Source: Tubulanus polymorphus
Lineage: Eukaryota; Animalia; Nemertea
Reading direction: 5' to 3'
Assembly: GCF_964204645.1 (NCBI RefSeq)
Contig: NW_027437439.1
Span: 75,001-139,000 of the forward strand
DNA length: 64,000 bases
The notes under the pieces were generated by a model. It worked only from the letters and a program-made list of their open reading frames with translations. It did not search any database and was not told the origin of the DNA. Positions 11,709 to 22,500 of the stretch are shown here, one piece after another. The stretch's first letter is position 1. Each line of letters begins with the position of its first letter. A program made the position numbers and the translations under genes.

Positions 11709-13157
11709 TTAATAAACTGTAGTTACTCATTAGAAAATGAGGTTTTTAATGTTATCGCTTCTATGGTTATTCGGATATTTGAACTCTCTTCCTAAGATAT
11801 ATTTTATTATGGTGATCACTTTCTGTTCTAAAAAATAAATCTATTTGTTTAATCCACATATAATGATTCTCATAATATAGTATATCTATAACATCATTTG
11901 AATCATAATCTTTTGATAGGTATAAAGGTTCTAATGTATAATGTTTAATATTATTTCCTTTTGTATTTGGTAATTTAATTAAATCAAATACATTTATCTT
12001 TAAATTATTATCTCTTTCTATTTTGGGGATGTTTTTAATTCTAACAGGATACTTATCTATCTTATAATTATTTTCAAATGGTTTATAATGAGTTAATCTA
12101 AAACTATGTGTAATATCTTCTGTTGGATGTAAACAACTTATTATAGCCCATAGAAAACATTTATCATCTTCATTTTGTATATTTATTACAGCATTAGTTT
12201 TAAATGGTAGTTTAATATAACTTGATGCTTCAATATCTGGTTCTTTATAAAATGATACATTATTTTCATCAATTGGTTTTGATTTAGTTAACTTATTATA
12301 TTTTGTGTTATAAACATGTAAAGTTATAAATATTATCTCATCAAATATTAAACCAGATCCTTCAAAATATTTCTCTTCTATTTTAGTTTTTATTTCATTA
12401 TAACATTTATTTAATTTATCATCTATATGTTGTTTAGATATAATATGTTGTGAATGAGAATTTATATTATATATTGGTTTATCTTCAGATTTTATAAACT
12501 TTACTTTAACTGATATACTTATTTTAGGATATTCAACATCTGTAATTATTTTTATTATTTCTTTCATATTTTCTAAATGTTTTTTATTTTCTTCTATTGT
12601 TTTACTTTTATGAAATTTAAACTCAATAGCTGCTGGACCAATATCACTTTTAAATGCTTCGGTTATCTCTATATCTTTTTTATTATCTAATGAATTAATA
12701 TAATTTCTTACATCTTCCATATATGGTCTTTTATTGTTTAATTTATTTTTTATTCTTTTAATTGTCTTCTGTTTCTTATCGTTATCATTATCAAAATAAT
12801 CTTCACCTAAAATATCATTATTCTTATTTCTAATATGACTTATAGATTTTAAATGTTCTTTATAATATCTTTTATCACTGAATGATTGATTACATGTATC
12901 ACATTTATATGTTTCTTTTTCATTCTTTAATTCTTCTAATTTAGTTTCTAATATATCATCCTTATATTCTAGTTTCAATTTATTCTCTAAATGTGTTCTA
13001 GTTTTATTGTGTCTTGCTTTTTGAGACTTGTCTATATCGATATTACATGTTGGGCAGTAGTATTTATTTGCTACCATTTTAATACTATATTTTTTATTAA
13101 AATTGATTTTAGAAGTTCAATGATTTAAATGTTATTCATATATGTGAATATTTTAAG

Positions 13158-13338
13158 AGTAATAGGGATAATAGGCTTTCGTATCAAAGGTCGAAGGGGT
13201 GAGTGAGTAAAAATGAAAATAATAATTTACAGTTGAATTAGGAGTGTGCGCGACTAATTCAACTGTAAATTATTATTTTCATTTTTTACGAGCTCGACCG
13301 TTCGACCTTTGGTATGAAAGCCTATTATCCCTATTACT
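13158..13338. repeat. ~180-bp imperfect palindrome (hairpin) at the virus/host junction
   Basis: Outer arms AGTAATAGGGATAATAGGCTTTC / GAAAGCCTATTATCCCTATTACT; inner arms AAAAATGAAAATAATAATTTACAGTTGAATTAG / CTAATTCAACTGTAAATTATTATTTTCATTTTT; short asymmetric centre. Confidence 0.95.
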
Positions 13339-13897
13339 TCCATTCTAACAACAATTTACATCGCCCGCTAGAAATCATGAATTCATAACCTGCTTGAGTT
13401 GGTAATTCTTTTACTGCATGTTTGTGACATCTATGTAAGATTTTCGAGCGTTCTTCAAAACGATATATGATATAAACCCGACTACCTCGCACTCCATCGA
13501 CGTTACTCCTAAACAACAACGAAATCAAACCATTACTGAGGATATCAAGTCGTTTTCTTCCGGTAGCGCAGAGTTTGTTGTCGGACTCACCGACGAGAAG
13601 GTAGTTTTCGTTACAGAATATCGACGGCTCGATGTCGTAATAAACGTGAACGAGAAAACTTCCCGGTAAAGAGCTGTTGACGAACCAACGACATTCAACA
13701 CCGCGAACTAACGACGGATAGTTCGGTGAAACGATGTAACCAGACGTAGAATCGACGGAGTATTGAGTGTTGTTAGATGATGAACTGACTGTAACAGACG
13801 CGGCTTCCTCGACAGAGTTTGCGCGATCAGCCCGCGTAAATATACAGTCTCCGCAAGCGATCAGTAAAACTACGAACAACGCTTTCATTCGCTGCAT
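13339..13897 (-). pseudogene. Truncated exon 1 (signal peptide plus CUB) of a GRL101-like GPCR copy
   Basis: Near-identical to exon 1 of the full copies; homology stops at KLLLEW, exactly at the hairpin. Confidence 0.9.
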
Positions 13898-16469
13898 ATT
13901 GAACACAATTCACGCATTAAAACAAACACATTTCTAACTATTTCCAAGTTTGCGCGATATTTCTCATAAGAGTCGTTGCAAAGTAATGACAAGTTGTCAG
14001 AATGTCAGAAGTTGACGAATTGATCGAGTCCAATTATTTTGTATAAAGATCTCTCATCAAACTGGCACCAGACTCGTATTTCTGTTACTTTCATCTGTTC
14101 TCGGTTTCCCTGTAATTACCGCGGTTTCTAAATTTAGACGTGTTTCAATATATCGTGTTTATAATCGTGTGCAATTATTTCTCTAAAAATATATTTACTG
14201 TCGCTCCCGAACTGCGTTCAGTTTGTGATAATATTCTATGACATTTTCTATCTTTACCTCAAAATATTCTGCGTCTCTGTAAAACACTTCGTCAATATCT
14301 GTTTTGACTAAATTCGCTCTACAGTCAATATAATAACTGAGTTGAAGCTAAGTGAAGCGCGTGGATATCTGATTGTGGTGGGGAAGAAGTCTTTCGGAAC
14401 AGATTGTTTTGAAGAAACAACAGCAACCAAGTAAGACGGGGATAACAGTTGTAGAATAGAAACAAAGAAATGTTTGGAATCTTTAGTTAGGAAACGGTTA
14501 CAATTACCCCGGCGAGAATCTGACTCGCGCACTCTGATTCGCTCCGTTTTAAATTTGTCCCGTTCCAGAGCTGGACCCGTTTAGAACGGTCTAACTGGTT
14601 CGTACTGTGAACGCGACGAAATTCAAACCAATAATAAATGAGGTGAATTGATAATTCCTAAACTTATGATCATCATTTAAAAACGTTTGATTTCACTCAA
14701 TCTATGTACATTACAGTCCGTTTGGCATTTTTACTTGGATTTTACGGATCAGTAAAATTCATCGTACTGAATTGTTTTTTATTCCTCCTTCCTCTTTCGG
14801 CACAATTTTTCAACAAAGAAAATTCTGTTATTCCTTCTCAGGTTTCAATCCAGTTACTTATAAAAGTTATGTTCATCTTAATTTTCAATCTCATGATTTG
14901 CGAAAACTAGTTCTTTTTTCATTTTTCCCATTGTTTGAATCAACTTAATCACAATTTCCAATTATTTCCGTTTTTTTGCGGTCCTTTGATGTTTTTTGTG
15001 TCGAATACTCTAATAATAAAAAAACTTCATTTTGATCCAATTTGTCTCCCTCTGTTTTGGAGCGCCTACATGTATGAAGGCAAAAAATGATGATCTTATA
15101 TGTTCGGTCACCGATAGTTGTGGAAATGTTTGTGTTTGTGTTTCTTAATAATGATTATTGAGAATAAGTTGGCGCCAGCGGCAGATTCAACTTTTAAGTA
15201 TCTGATATAATTTGCTCTTCTGGTACGAAATTAGCATCTTTTGATAATAGGTTTAACTCAGATATATTAAAGGACTTTAAAATATTGTATTATTTCAACA
15301 CTGGTGTATAATCGGTCCGTGAAAAAGAACATATTTCAATATTCCCCAATCAACTGTGTTTATGCATTATGGTGTTATATTTTTGGTAGGAGGTGCTTCG
15401 TCTCTCGTGGTAGAGACTGTTATATAATGATGATTTTCTTAATAGCCTGTTTAGTAATCGCTTCAAATGCTAGTTCATAATCCACTATAGGCCTATCAGT
15501 CGATTTACCAAGGTCAAAGCATCTGTTCTAATCACCTATGGTTTGGATAAAGTAGGCCAGATTGACTGTTTGTAGTCCTTCCTTTTATAAAACCGTGTTG
15601 ACCGTTGAACAGGATTCTAAATTCCCTTCATTTTCAATGATATGGTGCGGATGCGTCAGCGTACGCGCTATCGTGGTCAACACGGTACAACAACAAGAAT
15701 ACGCGCCTAATTCCAATATTCAAATGGCAAAATCTAAAACAACACATCAAACTCTCAACTTCGATCAATTCAACGAAATCTTGATTTAAAAAGTGGACCA
15801 TAAACAACTATCAATCATAAAACTAGTTTATTTGTTGATTGTAATCTGCTTGTAATTGTTACATATGACATCCATCCGCCTTTGATCTAATGTTATTTGT
15901 TATATGAATCTGTATGCGAGGGGAATGAATGATGTGTGATGTGTGTTTTAAGGTGGCCCAATGCTCCAAACAAGCATTCGTGCTTTCTATTGGGCTATCC
16001 TTCACTACATATTATAACATCTTGTCGACTCTTTATTCATATTTATATCTGTTATAATTTCTCTTGAAAATAAACTAGTATATATATAATACGAACAAGG
16101 CTGTGCAGAAAATCCGTTATCGCTGCCTTGCAGCTATATTTACTATCGCTATTAACTTGTTAATAATATCGTTTCGGCAATGTAGACAAATAAAATACTT
16201 ATTCCATTCTATTCTGCAATAGCTACGGTACGCCAACGAGGAAGAGATGACCTCCAGTGCGCCAGTAGAAGCTGTATAACGTCATCAATATATCGCGACT
16301 GGACTGGTTACTGGTCAATTCAATAATCGATTTTTTTTAATCCAAAATTACTTTATTGATCCTAAATACTAGCTAACTTAATATCATGTTTTTCATTGTC
16401 GACAATATAACGCAATATATGTGTTATTTCTAAATGCGTCTAAACTTTCAAGTTAGTTTTCTTGTTTAC

Positions 16470-17391
16470 CTGTGTTGTTGAGATCCGCTGAAATGTGTTC
16501 CTGATATTCGTAAAACCTGACATGCGGCATCAACATGAACAGCATGAAAATACACAATCTAAAAGCGCTTCCCAGACAGTGCACGTATTTACTCCTAGCC
16601 CAAATCAGCTTCGACCAGGCCTCGATCGACGGGTTCTTCAAACAGGCGCTGGCGTGCATCTTCTCCAGCACCGAATCGGCGTCGTTCAAGACGAAAAACC
16701 AGTGCGGCGATTTATCGTAACGATCGCCGTCCGCATCGTAAACCCCGAGATCGTACGAGTATACGACCTTCATGCCGTGATCGGCGGTCATCGTGCGGTA
16801 GACGCCCTCCGTGTTCAAAATAACCGAAAACAAACCGAACGTCCCCACGCGGGCGGCGAACTCTAACGGTCGAAGTTCTAGTTTATTCTCGTCCGTCAGT
16901 AGAACTGCCATATTCGGCGATATTTGGCGGTATACGAGGCGGTAGATTTCGACGAGTTTTGACTCGAGACGCGGGCACGCGGCCGCCGCCGAGACCAGCG
17001 CGTGAACGACGTTGTTACCGTTAACGTCCTTGACCAGCACGTCTGCTCCCTCGGCGATGAGATACCAGACGACATCCGAGCTGCAGAAAATACAAGCCAG
17101 AAACAGCGGGTTCGAAACCACCGACTTGTCGGCTATCTCGTCCGGGTAGCGCCGCTCGGGAACGACGACGCTAGAATCGTCGGTTAGATTTACGGTTAGA
17201 TCTGAATCGATCAAATCCGATCCTCGCTCGAGTTTGAAGAATTCGTCGCGCGTTTTCTTGACGACGCCGAGGTCGTTACGTTTGATGGCGTCCCGGAATT
17301 CGCGGGTTACACGCCTTTTATCGCTTTCCATAATTCGCGGATAAATTCTCCTGAAAAGTTCGCTCCAGTCAACTTGATCGCGAAGTGGCAA
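16470..17391 (-). pseudogene. TRPV-like ankyrin-repeat exon (ankyrins to the first TM), probably an orphan or pseudogenised fragment
   Basis: NPLFLACI...LIAEGADVLVKDVNGNNVVHALV...ENKLELRPLEFAARVG...YSYDL; donor-like AG|GTAAAC near 16469; upstream frame broken by stops. Confidence 0.6.
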
Positions 17392-18209
17392 TCAGCTTGG
17401 AATGATTTCGCTTCAAAATCACGATTAGTTTCCGATGATTTGGCAAGAATGTCACAATCAGTTTTCAATGTGTCAATTTCTAAAGAATTTCAAATTCAAT
17501 TTTCCAACGATTTACTAGAACTTACAATCAGATTTCATTTTTCACAATCATTGTCCAACGATAATATCTGTAATGTCACAATCAGTTTTAGCACGTCACT
17601 GTTAAGTTTCTTCCGATTGTTTCGCAATAAATTCAAAATCAGTTGTCAGTTATTCCCTCCGAGATTCCGATCAGTTTTCAATATATGAATCACTCGTCAT
17701 TATCCAGTTTCCAATGTAGTCGCCATAGAAAGTTTAGTTCCTTTCGTATCATATACGATCAAGATTAAGTTGTTTTTTTTAACATTCATAAATTCAACAT
17801 AATCAAATTGTAACGGCAAATATGGAACTGGGTTCGACCGGCTCCCGAAGTTGACGAAATGCTAGCGATGATAAAGTACAACTGGTTGCCAGATCCCAGA
17901 ACTGTGTGACAAACATTCACTGATGAAAAACGCGATTAAAATGACTGTTCAAGTACGTCGCGCACTGGTACGTACATACGAGCTGACGTGTGGAGAGGTG
18001 TTGTATCGATACAGATTCGTTTCAAACGTATTTTATAACTCATCATCGCGGTTTTATTTGCATTTATTACGAGTAATTTATCCGCTGATATGATCGCCGG
18101 CTCGCTGGTGCGTTCGTATAATATGTGGTAAAATATTTATACATCGCTATGAAACGATGTATCTAACCGTGATGTTTATCACTGGCTGTGATATTTGTTA
18201 TTGGAGAGG

Positions 18210-18325
18210 GAAAGGGAGAGGGGGCAGAGGGAGAGGCAGAGGCAGTGGTAGAGGCAGAGGCAGGGGCAGAGGCAGGGGCAGGGGCAGGCACAGAGGCAGG
18301 GGCAGGCGCAGAAGCAGAGGCAGGG
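18210..18325 (+). repeat. (GGCAGR)n simple repeat
   Basis: Hexamer repeat that explains the GR- and AE-rich ORFs. Confidence 0.9.
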
Positions 18326-19556
18326 TCAAGGGCGGTTTGCTATCATCAAAACTATGAACAAATGAAAGTTAGTATTAATAAACTGTGAATCTGTTTCTGA
18401 GATTAAAACTGAAATATATTTTTGAACCAGAGGTCACCCCGGAAACAATGAACTGCACCAGACGTTAGATACATTCAATCAGCAGCCTTTCAATAGTGAT
18501 CGCTTGAAGCGATGTGGTTCCATGGATACAAAATGATACCCGCATTAAGCGTACGTAATACAATGGATACTCGGTACCGGCAACGCCCCAATATACTCGA
18601 ATATAGTCAACTTTCGAAATGAAATCTGATAAAACATGATTAATTTGTGAGAGAAATAAATAGAGAAATAGGGAAATCCACTATTCTGTTTAAATCACAT
18701 ATCGCGTGGTATATCCGTTGAGAGTCTGTCTCATCGGTAGCGATCATATTACACAAGTGCATATCAGTTTTTGATACTTTGATAATATGACTTCGAAATA
18801 AAACATTTGATTTTCAAGGATTTAATCATGCAAGGGAAGAGCAAGTAGATAAAAGTGATAGTGAATATATATAGTCTATTAAGCATTAAACTTGACTTCG
18901 TATTCTATAGAAAATTGATTGCATATATCGATTATTATATTCAATGCTTCTGATATTTTGCATGAGGTATATTGCACTCTATTTTACTTGGCAATTTCGT
19001 TAACCCGAATCGGTCACCATACGATTCGGTGGTGGCTGAAAAATACTTTCATCCGGTGGCACATTTGGTATAATAGTATAGTATTTATTTTTCATTAGGT
19101 CGTTACATTATTACATTATTGATATCGCATGATATACAGTGACAAAAATGTAACAAGAAAATGTGGGCTACACGAAGAGACCACAAAGATCTATCGGAGC
19201 CGTGCCGCCCTAAAAAAAAAATCAAACCAATCACTCTTACACACACGCTCACACTATCTCAATTTCACTGGTCAGTAAAGGGCTCACCGAGCCCCTTAAA
19301 TCCACATCCTGAAGTAAATACTATTGCATTTAACAAACAATCTACAATTAATCTAATAGCTACGAAAATAACACTATTTCATATGAATTGTTCAGATAAA
19401 GTAGTGATGAAAAAACTGAATGGACCACGGGCCCAAAGGTCGTCGTTAATATCTTTCCTTTGTTCTTTAGATTCATTACTAGAGTTTGGTGCGCGACCAT
19501 GAACATTAAAACGATTCGTTTCAAAGCTCATTTATTGCTACTGAAGTTTTCTTAAT

Positions 19557-22500
19557 CTACTTCTTTTGTTGACGTTTATATCTCGTTCTAATTGATTTCA
19601 TATCGATAGTTAGTATTGTATATAGAAGCGGATTCAGAGACGAGTTGATCGGTAAAAATAGAACGGCCAGCCAAGCGGCCACCTGGTTCGGTATGTCGAC
19701 CGAAAATACTGCGCAAAACTGAACGATTATTATCGGTAGCCAGCAAAATAAATTACAAAGATTGATTACTAAACTCCTTCGAGCTAAAACCAGTTCGGTA
19801 GGATCGGCTCTACCCGAACCCGACCTACTTCCAGATACGAGTCTATACATCTGAGCGTACGTCGTCATTATCGCAGCCAATATGGCCGCATTGAACAAGG
19901 CAAAAATAGCGAATGAATAGTGCCAGCCATTGACGTCGATCGTCAGTAAATTCATAGGCAAACAAACTCCGGTTGTACCGTAAAAATTGTCTCCGAAGTA
20001 AGACGACGATGACAGCGGTAGAATAGAAACTGTGCTTATAACGAGCCAACAAATACAGCAAATACCGATAACGTATTTCGGAGTTATAATCGGACTTCTA
20101 GAAAACGGGTTGACGATATTTGAATATCTCTGACGCGTTAGAATTAAGAGAAAAGTTAAGGAACCTTCGCACGAAACGGTGACAATAACCCCGGCGAGAC
20201 GACATAATGAGCTATCCGTCCAGGCTTCAGAATTCAGATAATAAACGCCTTTGAACGCGTGGTCAGCTCCTGCGATCAAAAACAAATAGACCGACATCAG
20301 AAAATCACAACCGGCAATATTTATGATGAGGACATCTGAAGATGTGTTACGTGTTCCGGAGGATTCCATCCGCAAAGCTTGAACGCGAAATAAAATAACG
20401 ATACTGTTAGCGAGAAAACTGAAAGATGCGATCATCCAGATGATGGCCCTCAGTACAGCGTTACCCATCAGGTCAGAGCAGGTCGAAAATTGATCAGCTT
20501 CGGGAAGACATCGGTCAACATTCGGTGCCATGCAGCAAAATTTGTAAGCATCCGAAGCGAGGTATTTCAATGATGTAAGATCGCCAAGAACGTTTCTTTT
20601 TACAAATATTACTTCGGCATTTTTGACGAGGTCTAGAATTTCTAGTTTAGCCAGTCCAGAAAAAGCATAGCTAGAAATATAATGTATTCTGTTACTGCTG
20701 ATATTTAACGACTGTAATGCGGATAAACCTTTAAATACATTTTTACCGAGAACCGATATAGAAAGTCCGTGAAGATCGAGAACAGTAAGTGACGTCAGAC
20801 CTCGAAAACTACCGTCTTCTAAATGTTGCAGCGGATTTCCGATAAGAAATAGTTCTTTTAAACCGATCAAACCTGCGAATGTATTAGCAGATAACGATGT
20901 TATGCGGTTGTGAGTAAGGTCTAATGTGTATAGATTGTTTAGATTAGAAAACGCGTTGGGAACGATGTAAGACAAATTATTGCCCGAAATATCGAGAAAA
21001 CGAAGATAAATGAAAGAGTTGAACGTCGACTCGTTAAATACGACTCGGTTATTCGACAAAATCAAAACCCGATTTGATTCTATAAAACGACCAGTAATAT
21101 CTGATAAAAGAGCATTTTCACAATCGATGAAATGACCCCGGCAATTACAAAACTCAGGACACGTGACCTTACAGTATGACTCGTCATCCGAGTTATATTT
21201 GCAATTTACGACACCATCGCAAACTTCAGATTGCGGAATACATCGATTTTCCTGGCCGCATTTAAACATTCCCGGACACGACCAAGTCTCGCAGTTTCGT
21301 TCATCTTCTGAATTAGGACAATCGGATCGACCGTCACAAACGTGTCTGATTGGTATACAGTAAGATGCCGGACATTTTACAGTACCAGCCGCGCATTCGA
21401 AGTCATTACACGCGAGTATATGTTCAAGATTTCTACATACCGGGAAACCAATCGGCATCCTTTCTAAAATACACCTTTCGTGTCGGGAATAACAGCGAGG
21501 AGAATTGAACGAACATCTTTGTTCATTTGATTCCTTACACAGATCTGTGAAACGAGTCGTACAGTGATTGTCATTATTACAGTAAACCTCGGGATTCACT
21601 GTCATATTAGTGACCAATTCGTCTTCTTCGAGACTTCCGCTGCAATCCACGACACCATCCCGATACAACTGAGAACTAATACATTCACCGTCCGCGCACG
21701 AGAACCCCTGACAAAGTTCGGAAGTGCATCCAATCTCATCGGAGCCGTCTTTACAGTTGGTTAGTCCGTCACATCGTTTATAACTATCGATACATTGGTG
21801 ATTGGAACAGCGATATTGCGTAGATAAACACGGTGGATGATAGCACGAGTTCTCATCCGAGCCATCGACGCAATCTCTCATAAAGTCGCAGAAACCGCTA
21901 ATCGATATAACCTGTCCATCGTTACAGCGGAACTGACTGTGTAAATTGATATCCGTACAATCGAGTTCATCTTCACCGTGTTGACAGTCGTGTCTGGTAT
22001 CACATACGCGATGGTCGCTGATACATCTTTGATCGTTACATTCAAACTGCCACGATTTACAACCGCTTATAGAAGCTAACTCTTCACCAGTTACATTATA
22101 GGTACACAACACGGAATGCACTTTATCTTTTGTATCATCGAAGGCAGTCACTGACCATTTCACTGATTGAATATAAGTAATTTTATTTCTGGTCACCATT
22201 GGTTTGATGACTTTAAATCCGCCGCGGTCCATTGTCAGTATAGCGCCATATTGATGTCGATGTTGAAATTCGCTGACCAAGTTTTTATCGTCACTTTCTG
22301 TATTTGAGGTGATTTTTACTATTTCGGCGCGGAAACTGTGACACATTTCTCTGGCACTCCGAATATTCAAACCTCGATTGTTTTTCCAGTCGGTTAGTAT
22401 TTGATAACATTGTCCCGAAATAGTTACCCAACCTCTTGGACAGGTTGAATTTATCAAAGTAATATCGGGAATCGTTTGATCTATTATTTTATTTAAGTCT

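Larger units (their letters stand above)
10428..11794 (+). mobile_element. 5'-truncated Penelope-like retroelement with an inverted pLTR, inserted in polB
   Basis: 115-bp inverted repeats at 10425-10539 and 11663-11777; 16-bp target duplication AGATATATTTTATTAT at 10412-10427 and 11795-11810; RT plus GIY-YIG ORF. Confidence 0.93.
7671..13077 (-). pseudogene. polB: Protein-primed family B DNA polymerase with N-terminal C2H2-type zinc fingers (~1,340 aa when reconstructed)
   Basis: Motifs: ExoI YGDFES (~10230, in frame and open from 10410 to the 9939 ORF), DHDHLNGKFRGAAHENCN, FHNLSGYD, YIDANNLYGWAM, KLMNNAFYGK, YLDTDS. Removing the Penelope insert rejoins HHNKIYL|CRKCLHKF in frame. Frameshift near 8295-8305. 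Confidence 0.92.
1..13338 (-). mobile_element. Endogenous Polinton/adintovirus-like (PLV-type) dsDNA virus, right-hand part; continues left of the window
   Basis: Very AT-rich, intronless, co-oriented genes with ~15-30 bp spacers; pPolB, penton-like and probable MCP genes; shared start motif; abrupt junction with a host CUB exon at ~13339. No integrase, ATPase or protease gene is visible in the window. Confidence 0.85.

Noticed and set aside
13099-13106. AAAATTGA, the mimivirus early promoter motif, upstream of polB
   Set aside because: It is on the strand opposite to polB and is expected by chance in such AT-rich DNA.
1-13338. Bacterial prophage or contaminant contig
   Set aside because: No Shine-Dalgarno pattern, contains a eukaryotic Penelope insertion, joins directly into a host exon, and a related fragment lies in host DNA at 28781.
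18157-18388. GR-rich and AE-rich ORFs
   Set aside because: Products of a hexamer simple repeat.
21163-21764. Plus-strand ORFs inside GPCR exons (also 36036-36635 and 62895-63496)
   Set aside because: Antisense shadows that recur only because the receptor is duplicated.
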